Below, piece after piece: positions 179,348 through 189,896 of a DNA stretch of 248,000 bases. The translations under genes and the position numbers were made by a program. The stretch comes from Hyalangium minutum (GTDB lineage Bacteria > Myxococcota > Myxococcia > Myxococcales > Myxococcaceae). Location of the stretch: NCBI RefSeq assembly GCF_000737315.1, contig NZ_JMCB01000001.1, positions 20,001 through 268,000 of the forward strand, written 5' to 3'. The stretch's first letter is position 1, and each line of letters begins with the position of its first letter. The notes beneath the pieces are model-generated. The model had not been told where the DNA came from, did not search any database, and was given only the letters and a program-made list of their open reading frames with translations.

Positions 179348-181492
179348 ATGCCTCAGGAGAAAGCGAAGAGCCCTGAGCAGCAGCCCTCGGAAGCGTCCGA
179401 GAGGCCCGATCCGACCCTGCCCGTAGGGAGCGGCGCTCCCGCCCCGGCAGGAGAGATGTCCCCCACCAACCTGCGCCCGGACGCCAAGAGCCCGGAGCAG
179501 TGGTGGGCGCCTCCGGAGACCTCTCCCGAGGGCCAACCCGGCTCCCCTCCCAAGGTCCCCACGCCCGTGACAGAGAAGAAGGACCCGCTCATCGGCACGG
179601 TGGTGGGCAGCTTCCGGCTCATCCGCAAGCTGGGCGGCGGCGGCATGGGCACCGTCTACCTGGGCGAGCACACCTTGATTGGCAGCAAGGTCGCCGTGAA
179701 GTTCCTCCACGAGCACTTCGCCTCCAATGAGGCCCTCGTCCAGCGCTTCCTCGCGGAAGCCCGCTCCGTCAACCTCATCGGCCACGAAAACATCATCAAC
179801 ATCTTCGACATGAGCCTGCTGCCTCCTCGCAGGCACTACCTCGTCATGGAGTACCTGGAGGGCAGCCCTCTCTCGTCCATGACGGGGAGCCCGCAGCCGC
179901 CCTCGGTGATCGTGCCGATCCTCACCCAGGTGTGCGATGCGCTTCAGGCGGCTCACCTCAACGGCGTGGTCCACCGGGACCTGAAGCCGGAGAACATCTT
180001 CCTCGTGCGGCATGACCGCACACCGCACTTCGTGAAGGTGCTGGACTTCGGCATCGCCAAGCTGCTCGACGGGGCGCACTCGCCGGGGCAGACCTCGATG
180101 GGCACCATCATCGGGACCCCGGAGTACATGGCTCCCGAGCAGTGGGCCGGCAAGGGCGTGGATGGGCGCACAGACCTGTACGCGCTGGGCATCATCTCCT
180201 ACGAGCTGCTCACCGGCCGCACGCCCTTCCCCAAGGGAGGGCTGGGGAGCCTGCTGCACGCCCACCTCCAGGAGCTGCCCCCTGCGCCCCACGAGCTGAC
180301 CCCGTCGGTGCCCCTGCCGCTCTCGCAGCTCGTCATGCGTGCCATGGCCAAGCGCCCGGAAGATCGCTTCCGGACCGCAGCCGAGATGCGCACCGCGCTG
180401 GAACAGGCACTCGCGGGGCAGGCACCGGCTCCGCTTCCGTCGCTCGCCACGCCCGCTCCTGCCCCAGTTCCCGCGGCCACACCGCCCTCGCTGCCGCTGG
180501 ACACGGCGATGGCCATTCCGGCGACGGCCCCCGCTCCGCCCCGGCGGCCCGCGTCTCCTCCGCCGCTCGAGGCCTTCGCCAAGGGGGTCCTCACTCCGGG
180601 CTCGGAGCCGCTCCGCATGAGCTGCACGGACCTGAGCCGCGCTGGGGCCTTCCTGTGCACCGAAGGCTCGCTGCCCCCGCTGCGCTCGCGCGTAGCGCTC
180701 ACCCTGGAGGTGCGCGGCCAGAACCTGCCCTGTACCGGCGAGGTTGTCCGCCACGTCACCCCGGCCCAGGCGGGCTCCTGGGGCATGCGCGCGGGCTTCG
180801 CCGTCCAGTTCATCAACCTGTCCGCCGAAGCCCGCGACGCCCTCTCCCGCCTCTCCCAGGGCCAGACAGCGCCCTCGGCCACCCCCAAGGTGCTCTCGGA
180901 CGATCCGCAGGCGGAGTCGCTGCTGACCATGCTCCAGCAGCGCATGAACGCCGACCCGTACGTGCTGCTGTCACTCCCCCAGAACGCCACGTTCGATGAA
181001 GTTCGCCAGCACGGCCGCGCCGCCACGAGCGCCCTGGAGACCATCGCCGCCCGGCCGCTGTCGGCCCGCCAGGCGAAGGAGCTCTCCGAGATGCGCTCGC
181101 GCATCGAGAAGGCCGCGGACCTGCTGGGACACCCCCGCCAGCGCATCGAGCACGACGCCTGGCGCGCCAACTACGCGGGCGTGGCCCGGTGCATCTCCAG
181201 CGGCCTCACCGCCACCGAGATCGAGTCCCTGCGCGCCCGCTACCTGGTGGCCCACCCAGGCACGGAGGCGCGCGAGCGCATCCACGCCGCCACCGCCTCC
181301 GCCTGGGAATCCCAAGGCAGCATCGGCCTGGCCCTGGCCGAATACGAGAAGGCGCTCGCCGCCGACCCGCTCAACCTGCAGCTCCAGCAGCGCTACTGGA
181401 ACCTCAAGCAGCGCGGCGTGAAGCCCACCCCACCCCCGGAGAGCAGCTCCAAAGAGGGCCAGGACGTGCCGGGGCTGCGGCGCCGCCGCTAG
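179348..181492 (+). CDS. Ser/Thr protein kinase with PilZ-like and J-like domains
   Basis: GGGGMG, HRDLKPEN, DFG, APE; DLS.AGAFL PilZ; DPY.LL. Confidence 0.88.
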   Translation: MPQEKAKSPEQQPSEASERPDPTLPVGSGAPAPAGEMSPTNLRPDAKSPEQWWAPPETSPEGQPGSPPKVPTPVTEKKDPLIGTVVGSFRLIRKLGGGGMGTVYLGEHTLIGSKVAVKFLHEHFASNEALVQRFLAEARSVNLIGHENIINIFDMSLLPPRRHYLVMEYLEGSPLSSMTGSPQPPSVIVPILTQVCDALQAAHLNGVVHRDLKPENIFLVRHDRTPHFVKVLDFGIAKLLDGAHSPGQTSMGTIIGTPEYMAPEQWAGKGVDGRTDLYALGIISYELLTGRTPFPKGGLGSLLHAHLQELPPAPHELTPSVPLPLSQLVMRAMAKRPEDRFRTAAEMRTALEQALAGQAPAPLPSLATPAPAPVPAATPPSLPLDTAMAIPATAPAPPRRPASPPPLEAFAKGVLTPGSEPLRMSCTDLSRAGAFLCTEGSLPPLRSRVALTLEVRGQNLPCTGEVVRHVTPAQAGSWGMRAGFAVQFINLSAEARDALSRLSQGQTAPSATPKVLSDDPQAESLLTMLQQRMNADPYVLLSLPQNATFDEVRQHGRAATSALETIAARPLSARQAKELSEMRSRIEKAADLLGHPRQRIEHDAWRANYAGVARCISSGLTATEIESLRARYLVAHPGTEARERIHAATASAWESQGSIGLALAEYEKALAADPLNLQLQQRYWNLKQRGVKPTPPPESSSKEGQDVPGLRRRR

Positions 181493-181510
181493 TCAGCGCG
181501 CGAGGCCTCC

Positions 181511-183427
181511 TTACTTCGGCATGAAGTTGAAGGCCTTGAGCATGAGGATGAAGATGCCCATGAGGCTCTCGCCCGCGAGGAAGCCAGAGCCCACGGGGAA
181601 CACGGCGGCCTCCGCCACCTTCGGCTTGCGCCGGCGCAGGTACTCCGCGATGCCCGCGCCGATGCAGAAGCTGATCGAGCTGGAGCCGGGGATGACGATG
181701 GCCAGCCCGAAGCCCGCGGCCGATGGAATGTAGGGCTTCGCGGCCTTCGGGGCCCACCGGTCCAGCAGCACCAGGGCGATGCCCAGCAGCCCTCCGCACA
181801 GTGCTCCCATGCGGGCGCTGGGGTGCAGCGCCTCCAGGCCCACCGACAGCATCTTGGAGACGCCCGCCCAGACCATCACGCCCGGAGCGGGGAACTCCTC
181901 ACCGCCCAGGACCTGCGCATCCGGCACGAGCAGGTTGAAGGCGGGCACCACGATGGCCGCGCCCGCCACCACGCCAAAGAGCTGGCCGATGAGCTGCTGC
182001 CGGGGGTTACCGCCGAGCAGCCATCCGGACTTGAGATCGATCAGCAGATCCGCCGCGTGCAGGCCGACGCCACCTGTGGCATTGGCACTCATGACGTTGG
182101 CGGCCACGTTGCCGGGCGCCAGCCCTCCGTAGATGAGCTGCGTGACAGGGCCGAGTGCCTTGGTCGGCGTGGTGTCCGTCTCTCCGGTGACCCGGGCGGC
182201 GATGAAGCCCATCACCACGGCGAGCGGCAGCGCGAGCACGCCGGCCCACACGGGGATCTGGAAGAGGTACGCCATCAGCGCCACGGCGACGGGCCCCAGG
182301 ATGGCGAAGCCCATGGGGAACCAGGAGGGAGGAACCTCGATGGCGGCCAGGGGATCCTGGGTGGCCTCGTGCTTCTTCCGGAACAAGCCCGAGAGAGCCT
182401 GGAGCGAGCGGGCCACGCTGCGCCACTGGAACGCGAAAGAGAGCACCCCCGAGGTGACGAGCAGCGCCGCGCCCGTCCACAGCATCCAGGTGTTGATGGC
182501 CTTCTGGGTGACGGCGGTGATGAAGCCCTGATCCACCATGGCGGGAGCCAGGAAGCCATAGGTGAGGACAGCGCCCAGGAGCATGGACCAGCCGGTCTTC
182601 CAGGTCATCAGCATGCCGCCGCCGATGAGCAGCAGGCTCGGCTCGAAGGCCAGGCCCCAGTCCTTCAATGGACGGTCCCGGAGGGTGGCCCAGGGCAGAA
182701 TGCTCTTCTTTTCCATGATCGGCAGCGGCAGGCGAAGGAACTCGGGGGCATGAGTGTTGAGCCAGGCGCTCTTCGCGTCCCGCAGCACCGCGACGATGGC
182801 ACCGATCAATCCCGCGATGCCGAGCAGCCGTGACTTCTGCCGTGCCACCTCGCCGTGGCCGTGGAGCGCCTTGATGGTCTCGGCGGTGGCGATGCCGGAG
182901 GGGAACGGCAGCGCCTCGATGTTGACGAGCTGGCGCTTGATGGGGATGGCGGCAAAGACACCCAGCGCGGCGATGACGGCGAACCACAGCACCAGCCAGC
183001 CCGTGCCGGGCAGCGTGCCAGTGAGCACCAGCAACGCGGGCACGGCGGCCATGTTGCCGCCTCCCGTCATGTAGCCCGCCGCCGACGCCACCGAGCCCAT
183101 GGCGTTGTTCTCCAGCGGAGAGAAGTCCTCCCGGAACACGCGCAGCTGGCGCATCAGGTTGAAGAAGGAGAACGCCAGGATGCAGGCGGTCACGGTGACG
183201 CCCATGCTCCAGCCCGTCTTCAGGATGATGTACAGGTTGGACAGGCACATCACCATGCCGATGAGCATGCCGGCCACGATGGCGCGCGGCGTGAGCTGGC
183301 GCGCGCCGCCCTGGTACACGTTCTCCAGCCAGTAGCGCTCCGGGTCCTGGCCCTCGGCGGGCGCGGCCACCGGCGGAGCGTCGTGGGGATCGTGGCGAGG
183401 CGTCTCGTTGGCGGCGGGCTGAGTCAT
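181511..183427 (-). CDS. OPT family oligopeptide transporter
   Basis: LT.RA, ENN, LPFPSG.A.AE. Confidence 0.88.
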   Translation of the reverse strand: MTQPAANETPRHDPHDAPPVAAPAEGQDPERYWLENVYQGGARQLTPRAIVAGMLIGMVMCLSNLYIILKTGWSMGVTVTACILAFSFFNLMRQLRVFREDFSPLENNAMGSVASAAGYMTGGGNMAAVPALLVLTGTLPGTGWLVLWFAVIAALGVFAAIPIKRQLVNIEALPFPSGIATAETIKALHGHGEVARQKSRLLGIAGLIGAIVAVLRDAKSAWLNTHAPEFLRLPLPIMEKKSILPWATLRDRPLKDWGLAFEPSLLLIGGGMLMTWKTGWSMLLGAVLTYGFLAPAMVDQGFITAVTQKAINTWMLWTGAALLVTSGVLSFAFQWRSVARSLQALSGLFRKKHEATQDPLAAIEVPPSWFPMGFAILGPVAVALMAYLFQIPVWAGVLALPLAVVMGFIAARVTGETDTTPTKALGPVTQLIYGGLAPGNVAANVMSANATGGVGLHAADLLIDLKSGWLLGGNPRQQLIGQLFGVVAGAAIVVPAFNLLVPDAQVLGGEEFPAPGVMVWAGVSKMLSVGLEALHPSARMGALCGGLLGIALVLLDRWAPKAAKPYIPSAAGFGLAIVIPGSSSISFCIGAGIAEYLRRRKPKVAEAAVFPVGSGFLAGESLMGIFILMLKAFNFMPK

Positions 183428-183679
183428 TGGGAGCGCAACGATAATGCACCTGCCCGGAATCACCGAACGCCTCCACCAAGCGGGCAGCCGGCGTCCCTTC
183501 CCCGGCGGAAGAGGGCCTCGCCCTCACGCCCGGGGTACGTCACCACGCAGAGTGTTCACCCCCCGGAATTCGACGAGCGAGGAGTGTTCGCCAGCCCATG
183601 GCGCTGGCCCATGGCGGTGGCAGGCCCCCGCTCCCCACGCCATGAGAGAGGTTCCACTGCTGGTCTCCGGAGCCTCTTG

Positions 183680-184903
183680 ATGCTCTCCTTGCTTTCCCGT
183701 TGGAGCCGCGCCCTGCTCCTCCTGACGCTCGCCTGTGCCTCCTGCTCTGAACGTCAGAGCCCCGCTCAGCCGCCTCCTCCCGAGGGCCCCAATCCTCAGG
183801 AGGACACGGCCCTCAGCAACGTGCTGCGGCCCGAGCGCCAGGTCTTCCGCCCAGAGCTGCTCCAGAACCTCACGCTCCCCCCTGGCTTCGCGGTCTCTGT
183901 GTTCGCGCAGGATCTGGGTGCCCCGCGGATGATGGCCGAGGGACCGGATGGGTCGCTCTACGTCACGCGGCCGAAGCAGTCAGATGTGGTGCGGCTTCGG
184001 GACACGAACGGGGATGGCCGCGCCGAGGCGCCGAGCGTGGTCCTCTCAGGACTCAAGGACGTGCATGGCCTCGCCCTGCACCAGGGACGAGCCTATGTCG
184101 CCACGCCCACCCAGGTTCACGTCGTGGAGGTGCTGGGGGATGGCAGCTGGGGCTCTCCCCAGCTCCTGGTGGACCGGCTTCCGGATGGAGGCCAGCACGC
184201 CAATCGCACGCTCGCCGTGGGGCCTGATGGCAAGCTCTACCTCTCGGTGGGCAGCAGCTGCAACGCGTGCGACGAGACCAACGAAGAACACGCGACGCTG
184301 CTGCGGGTGAACCTGGATGGCAAGGGCCGGGAGATTTTCGCCCGGGGTCTGCGCAACACCATCGGCTTCGGCTGGCACCCGCAGTCGGGAGAGCTGTGGG
184401 GCATGGATCATGGCAGCGACCACCGCGGCGATGACATTCCTCCCGAGGAGCTCAACCGGCTGGTGCAAGGAAAGGACTACGGATGGCCTTATGCCTTTGG
184501 CCAGCAGCAGCCCGATCCGGTGATCGACGAGCCGAAGAACATGACCAAGGCGGAGTACGTGGCGAAGACGGAGCCGGCCGTCCTCACCTATCCGGCCCAC
184601 AGCGCCCCCATCGGGATGGTCTTCTACACGGGGGTGGCCTTCCCGGCCGAGTACCAGGGGGATGCGTTCGTCGCCATGAGGGGCTCGTGGAACCGCAAGC
184701 CCGCCACTGGCTACAAGCTGGTGCGCATCGACTTCAATGGCGGCCAACCCCAGCGCTTCGAGGACTTCATGACGGGCTTCCTGCTCGAAGAGGGCCGTGC
184801 CCACTTCGGGCGGCTGGCCGGCGTGACGCAGACACGGGACGGGGCGCTGCTGCTCGGAGATGACACCAACGGGGTCATCTACCGCATCACCTACAAGAAC
184901 TGA
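183680..184903 (+). CDS. PQQ-dependent sugar dehydrogenase-like lipoprotein
   Basis: GPDG.LY.S.GS.CN, GLRN..G, YGWP. Confidence 0.85.
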   Translation: MLSLLSRWSRALLLLTLACASCSERQSPAQPPPPEGPNPQEDTALSNVLRPERQVFRPELLQNLTLPPGFAVSVFAQDLGAPRMMAEGPDGSLYVTRPKQSDVVRLRDTNGDGRAEAPSVVLSGLKDVHGLALHQGRAYVATPTQVHVVEVLGDGSWGSPQLLVDRLPDGGQHANRTLAVGPDGKLYLSVGSSCNACDETNEEHATLLRVNLDGKGREIFARGLRNTIGFGWHPQSGELWGMDHGSDHRGDDIPPEELNRLVQGKDYGWPYAFGQQQPDPVIDEPKNMTKAEYVAKTEPAVLTYPAHSAPIGMVFYTGVAFPAEYQGDAFVAMRGSWNRKPATGYKLVRIDFNGGQPQRFEDFMTGFLLEEGRAHFGRLAGVTQTRDGALLLGDDTNGVIYRITYKN

Positions 184904-184922
184904 GCCCCGTCCCCTCTTTCAG

Positions 184923-185471
184923 CTACTTGTGCTTGTGGCCATGGCCGTGGTCGTGGTCGTGGTCGTGGTCATGATCATGGCCGCCGTGATCGTGGGCGCC
185001 GCCCGGCCCGTGAGCGTGGCCGTGAGAGAGCTCCTCGGCCGTGGCGTCCCGGACGTCCTTCACGGTGACGTCGAAGTGCAGCGTCTTGCCCGCCAGCGGG
185101 TGGTTCAGGTCGACAATGACCGTCTCGCCCTTCACCTCGTGGATGCCGATGGGGATGACCTCGCCGCCGTCGGTCTGCGCGGCCAGCCGCATGCCCGGCT
185201 TGAGCTCGGCGTCGGCGGGGAACATGGTGCGCGGTACTTCCTGGAGGCCCCGAGCGTCATGCTCGCCGTAGCCCTGCGCGGGAGGGACCACCACCTGCTT
185301 GGCCTCGCCGGCGGCCAGGCCTTCGAGGGCCTTTTCGAGGCCAGGGACGATCTGACCGCGCCCATGCAGGTAGGAGAGAGGCTGGCCGGGCTCGCTCTGG
185401 TCGATGATCTGTCCGTCGCCCAGGTGCAGCTTGTACTCCAACGCAATGATGCGGTCCTTGCCGATCTTCAT
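184923..185471 (-). CDS. slyD: FKBP-type peptidyl-prolyl isomerase SlyD
   Basis: G..QIVPGLE, DLNHPLAG, His-rich tail. Confidence 0.9.
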   Translation of the reverse strand: MKIGKDRIIALEYKLHLGDGQIIDQSEPGQPLSYLHGRGQIVPGLEKALEGLAAGEAKQVVVPPAQGYGEHDARGLQEVPRTMFPADAELKPGMRLAAQTDGGEVIPIGIHEVKGETVIVDLNHPLAGKTLHFDVTVKDVRDATAEELSHGHAHGPGGAHDHGGHDHDHDHDHDHGHGHKHK

Positions 185472-185706
185472 GAAGCGGCTCCTCGTGCTTCAACTGCGGG
185501 TGGTACTGCATTCAGGAAGTGTGCGAGCAGTGCTCCCCGTGCGCATGGCACAGACATGACACGGCAGAGCGAGCGAGCCCCAGCCCGGCGGGCCGATGTG
185601 CCAGAGGGAAGGGAGCTGTAGCGCGCGTTCAGGATGGGAAGCTCAGGGTGAGTCGGCAGGTATATCGCGCTTGAGCAAGGCTCGTCGCTCGGAGAGAAGC
185701 AGCCCG

Positions 185707-186987
185707 TCAAGAGGCAGACGGCTCGGCGGCACCCTCTAGCGGGGCATCGTCGTCCGGCTCGCCCCGAGCGACATAGAGGGCCGCAGCCAGATCCCCGGTG
185801 ACGTTGAGGGTGGTGCGGCACATGTCCAGGAATCGATCCACGCCCAGGATGAGCCCAATACCCTCGGTGGGGATCTTGAACATGCCCAGGATCATCAGGA
185901 CGACCGGGAGTGAGCCCGCGGGGACGCCTGCGGTGCCGATACCCGCGAGCACACAGATGAACATGATGACCGCCTGATCCCCGAGGCTCAGGGGCACGCC
186001 GTACACCTGCGCGAGGAAGAGCACAGTCACACCCTCGAAGAGCGCGGTGCCGTTCTGGTTCATGGCGGCGCCCGCGGTGAGAACGAAGCGGGACACGTGG
186101 CGCGGCAGGCGCAGGTTCTCCTCGGCGACTTTGAGCGCGGTGGGCAGGGTGGCGCTGGACGAGGCGGTGGAGAAGGCGGTGGCCATGGCGAGGCGGATGT
186201 CGCGGAAGAAGCTCACCGGGCTGCGGCCTCCGAGGAAGCGCACCGAGAGCGAGTACACCCCAAACATGTGCAGCCCGAGCGCCAGCAGCACCACCGCCAC
186301 GTACGAGAGAATCTGCTGCAGCACTTCCACGCCCAACTGCGCCATCACGGAGAACAGCAGCGCGGCGACACCGTAGGGCGCCAGCTTCAGCACGCCGTCG
186401 ATGAGCCGCATCATCACGTCATAGAGGCCCTGGATGGTCTCGCGCAGGCGGAGCGCGGCGGGCGTCTGCGTCAGGGCGAGCCCGGTGCCGAAAATGAGCG
186501 AGAAGAGGATGAGGCCAATCATGTCCCCGTCCGCCGCAGTGCGGATGGGGTTGTCGGGCACCATGTTGACGATGAGCGCGGCGGGCGACGTGCTGCTGGG
186601 CGCGGGCGCGGCCTTCATGGCGGCGGGGTTGTTCTTCGCGGCGGCACGGGCCTCTTCGCTGAAACCAGCCCCCGGCTGCAGCGTGTTGACCAGAAGCAGT
186701 CCGAGAAGCACGGCCAGGGAGGAGAAAACCACGGTGTAGACGACGGTCTTCAGCCCGAGCCGGCCAATCTGCTTCAGGTCCAGCTCACACACGCCCATCA
186801 CCAGGGCGGCAAAGAGCAGCGGCACCACCAGCATGAGCAGCAGTCGGATGAAGATCCTCCCCACGGGCTGGGTGAAGTTTGTCACCACGCTGGTGAGCCA
186901 GGCAGAGTCCCCAGCGACCGCATGGGCCACGAGTCCGGCCACGGTGCCGAAGAGAATGTCCACGAGCATCTTCTGGTGTGCCTTCAT
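185707..186987 (-). CDS. Dicarboxylate/amino acid:cation symporter
   Basis: TASSSATLP, MNQNGTA. Confidence 0.9.
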   Translation of the reverse strand: MKAHQKMLVDILFGTVAGLVAHAVAGDSAWLTSVVTNFTQPVGRIFIRLLLMLVVPLLFAALVMGVCELDLKQIGRLGLKTVVYTVVFSSLAVLLGLLLVNTLQPGAGFSEEARAAAKNNPAAMKAAPAPSSTSPAALIVNMVPDNPIRTAADGDMIGLILFSLIFGTGLALTQTPAALRLRETIQGLYDVMMRLIDGVLKLAPYGVAALLFSVMAQLGVEVLQQILSYVAVVLLALGLHMFGVYSLSVRFLGGRSPVSFFRDIRLAMATAFSTASSSATLPTALKVAEENLRLPRHVSRFVLTAGAAMNQNGTALFEGVTVLFLAQVYGVPLSLGDQAVIMFICVLAGIGTAGVPAGSLPVVLMILGMFKIPTEGIGLILGVDRFLDMCRTTLNVTGDLAAALYVARGEPDDDAPLEGAAEPSAS

Positions 186988-187055
186988 CCCGGCGCAGCCT
187001 AACGGTGAATGGGGGTGGCGCCTATCTTCCATTCAGCGGAAGCTTCCGGCCCACC

Positions 187056-187718
187056 GTGGAACCGTCCGTCCATTTCACCGAGCTGACCGAAGGCGCCTTG
187101 CCGGAGCCTCTCTTCCGCCGCCTGCTGCGGCGCATGAGCGCCCTGGGCACCGAGCGGCTGCGCACCACCTACCAGACGACCTTCTGGTACGGCTTCGGCG
187201 AGCCCACCAACGTGGTGGAGGAGGCCATCCTCTTCCTGCGGCCGCGCGTGGTGAAGAACCTGCGCATCATCGGCGCGGAGTGGTGGCTGAGCCGCATGTA
187301 CGCCACGGACGTGCGGGTGGACTTCCACCAGGACCGCGACGAGAAGCTCGCCCTGCGCACCGGGAAGCTGGTGCACCCGAGGCTGTCTTCCGTGTTCTTC
187401 CTGAACCGGGTGCGCGGAGGGGCGCTCGCCATCACCTCGCAGCTCCCGGATCCGTCCAACCCGTCGTTGGCCCCCCAAAAGTTGGATGACCTGACGCTGG
187501 TGGCCCCCCGCCCCAACCGCTTCGTGGTCTTCGACGGGAAGCTCACCCACGGAGTGCTCGACGTGAACAACCAGATCCCCGACCGGAAGCTCCCGGGGCG
187601 CACCCGGCTCCGGCGCACCATCGCGATCAACTGGTGGGCCACGCGCCCCTCGGACACCCCCACGTGGGAGGAGACTGGCATCTACCGGGCGCTCGGGCTC
187701 AGGAGCCGCTCTCGGTAG
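187056..187718 (+). CDS. 2OG-Fe(II) oxygenase-like protein
   Basis: FHQD, HGV, R...INWW. Confidence 0.65.
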   Translation: MEPSVHFTELTEGALPEPLFRRLLRRMSALGTERLRTTYQTTFWYGFGEPTNVVEEAILFLRPRVVKNLRIIGAEWWLSRMYATDVRVDFHQDRDEKLALRTGKLVHPRLSSVFFLNRVRGGALAITSQLPDPSNPSLAPQKLDDLTLVAPRPNRFVVFDGKLTHGVLDVNNQIPDRKLPGRTRLRRTIAINWWATRPSDTPTWEETGIYRALGLRSRSR

Positions 187719-188479
187719 CTACGGGCGCGCGCCGTCTCTCGCAGCCGGCGCGTCACCCGCTCGGCCCACTCGGGCTCGATCTCGATGCATGCGGGCCTGC
187801 GCCCCAGCCGCAGCGCCGACGCCGGCGTCGAGCCGCTCCCCGCGAACGGATCCAGCACCGTCTCCCCAGGCCGGCTGTACGTCCTCACCAGCGGCTCCAG
187901 CACCGAGAACGGCTTGTGGTGCGGATGGTTGCCCCACCGCCCCGCCTCGCCGTCGTCGTCGTAGCCGCTCACCACGGCCCACGCCACTGGCGGATCCCCC
188001 AGGCCTGGCACCGGCGCCAGCGTCCGAGCGAACACCAGCGCCACCTCGTACACCCGCAGCAGTTGCTCGTTGGCGTTCTTGTCCGTGGTGCGCTTGCCCC
188101 AGACGTACTCGCCGCGCAGGTGCGTGTAGCCGAGTTCCCGCGCCACCGTGGTGATGGGCTCCTTGCCCAGCAGGTTCGTCCAGATGACCAGCGGCGCGTC
188201 CGGCGTGAGCCACGCGACAGCCTGCGTCATCCACTTCTCCGTGAAGACACGGTAGTCCCGCACGGTCTCGAAGCGGACGATGGGGTTGCGATCAATCTTC
188301 TTGTGGGCGCGAGGGTCTCGCTCGTCCCCACCCTTCCTGCGCCGCGTCAGCAGGCAGTACGGCGGATCCGTGAGAAGCAGGCTGGCGCGGTTCTCCCCCA
188401 GCGCCGCCCGGTAGCCGTCCACCTCCCGCGCATCGGCGCGGTGGCAGCGCAAGGACTCGGCTGGCAGATCGGTACTCAT
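187682..188479 (-). CDS. Orphan N4/N6 DNA methyltransferase (beta class)
   Basis: TDPPY, HP.HKP, VLDPFAGSGST. Confidence 0.8.
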   Translation of the reverse strand: MSTDLPAESLRCHRADAREVDGYRAALGENRASLLLTDPPYCLLTRRRKGGDERDPRAHKKIDRNPIVRFETVRDYRVFTEKWMTQAVAWLTPDAPLVIWTNLLGKEPITTVARELGYTHLRGEYVWGKRTTDKNANEQLLRVYEVALVFARTLAPVPGLGDPPVAWAVVSGYDDDGEAGRWGNHPHHKPFSVLEPLVRTYSRPGETVLDPFAGSGSTPASALRLGRRPACIEIEPEWAERVTRRLRETARARSYRERLLSPSAR

Positions 188480-188530
188480 CCAGCGCCACCCTACACCCGG
188501 CCGCGCCGGGCTCAAGCGGTTGCGCTGGAC

Positions 188531-188770
188531 TCAAGACACCGCGCCCACCTCCGAACGTGAGACGGCGGCAATCTCCCGGACGGGCACGCGAGGGTGCGTG
188601 CGGAAAATCGCGAAGTCGGTCCCCGCCTCCGTCACCACATCCATCATCTGATCGATGAACAGCTCGCCAGCCCGGAGCTGCACGGCCACGGGACGCCGCC
188701 TCAGCACCGTCTCCTCGAGCACATCAATGAAGTCACACTGCCCTACATCATCCTGGCAGATACGGCTCAT
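188531..188770 (-). CDS. Rho-binding antiterminator (Rof/YaeO)-like protein
   Basis: C...D.LEE...R..V.VQL..G pattern, about 80 aa. Confidence 0.55.
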   Translation of the reverse strand: MSRICQDDVGQCDFIDVLEETVLRRRPVAVQLRAGELFIDQMMDVVTEAGTDFAIFRTHPRVPVREIAAVSRSEVGAVS

Positions 188771-188987
188771 GAAACACCTGATCCGGACAGCGCCGGCTTC
188801 GAGGCGCGGTGACACGCCTCCCCCTGTCACTTCACCCTGGCCGTAACGAGCCCAGGACTTGGACGCAACTCCAAGCCCCGAAGCTACCGATCTCCAGACC
188901 TTCCGTGAAGAACTTGGGACTCCGGGTCCCTGCAGGTGTCTGCCCGGCGTCCAGGGTTGGACACCTGGGCAGGAAAATTTCCTGAGA

Positions 188988-189836
188988 TCAGCGATCGCCG
189001 GCGGCGTAGTCCTTCGCGTAGTCCTTGAAGGTGCGGGGCGGGCGGCCGAGCACGTCCTTCACGCCGCTGGCCGTCGCGGCGGACCAGCCGTTTTTGATCA
189101 GCGCGTTGAGCTCCATCAGGCCGTCCACCACCCACGCGGGCATCTGCATGTCCAGCATGGACTTGCGAGCGCCCTCCTCGGGCACGTCCACGTAGGAGTA
189201 ATTGCGGCCCAGCGCCTGGCCGAGGATGGCCAACGCCTCGGCGTCACTGAGCGCCTCGGGCCCGGTGAGCTCGTACGCCTTGTTCTCGTGCCCCGGACTC
189301 GTGAGGACCGTTGCGGCCACCTCGCCAATGTCCCGCCCGTCCACCCACGCTGCCTTGCCCTGGCCATGCGGCGCGTAGACGGTGCTGTCCTTCTTCGGAT
189401 CCGCGCCATAGAAGTTGAAGAAGTTCTCCATGAAGAAGGTGGGCCGCAGCATCGTCCACGCGATGCCGCTGTCCTTGATGGCCTTCTCACTGGCCCGGTG
189501 CAACCGGCCCATGGCGATGCCCGGCTCGGCCTCCACGCCCATCACCGACAGCTTGACGATGTGCTTCACCCCCGCCTTCTTCGCCGCGTTCACCAGTGCC
189601 TGGGTGTACTCCACCTGCTTCTCGGACGTCGGCGTGAGCAGGAACAGCTTCTCCACGCCCTGCAGCGCCGGCCCGAAGGTCTCCGGCTTGTCCCAGTCGA
189701 ACGGGACCGCCTCCACGCCCTGCCCCTTGAGCTTGTCGGGCGAGCGGGTTCCCACCTTGAAGCGCACCCCCTTGGTCTTGAGCGCCTTCACCGTGGAAGA
189801 ACCAATCGTCCCCGTCGCACCTGTTACGAGAATCAT
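188988..189836 (-). CDS. NmrA-like SDR oxidoreductase
   Basis: ILVTGATG.IG, LRPTFF.EN. Confidence 0.88.
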   Translation of the reverse strand: MILVTGATGTIGSSTVKALKTKGVRFKVGTRSPDKLKGQGVEAVPFDWDKPETFGPALQGVEKLFLLTPTSEKQVEYTQALVNAAKKAGVKHIVKLSVMGVEAEPGIAMGRLHRASEKAIKDSGIAWTMLRPTFFMENFFNFYGADPKKDSTVYAPHGQGKAAWVDGRDIGEVAATVLTSPGHENKAYELTGPEALSDAEALAILGQALGRNYSYVDVPEEGARKSMLDMQMPAWVVDGLMELNALIKNGWSAATASGVKDVLGRPPRTFKDYAKDYAAGDR

Positions 189837-189896
189837 GTTCCCTCTCCGTCTTCGTTGATCAAACAGCGGGTGCACGATGCCACGAGCCCGAGGAGA

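Noticed and set aside
184935-185000. gtggtc/gtcgtg microsatellite
   Set aside because: Encodes the normal His/Asp-rich metal-binding tail of SlyD.
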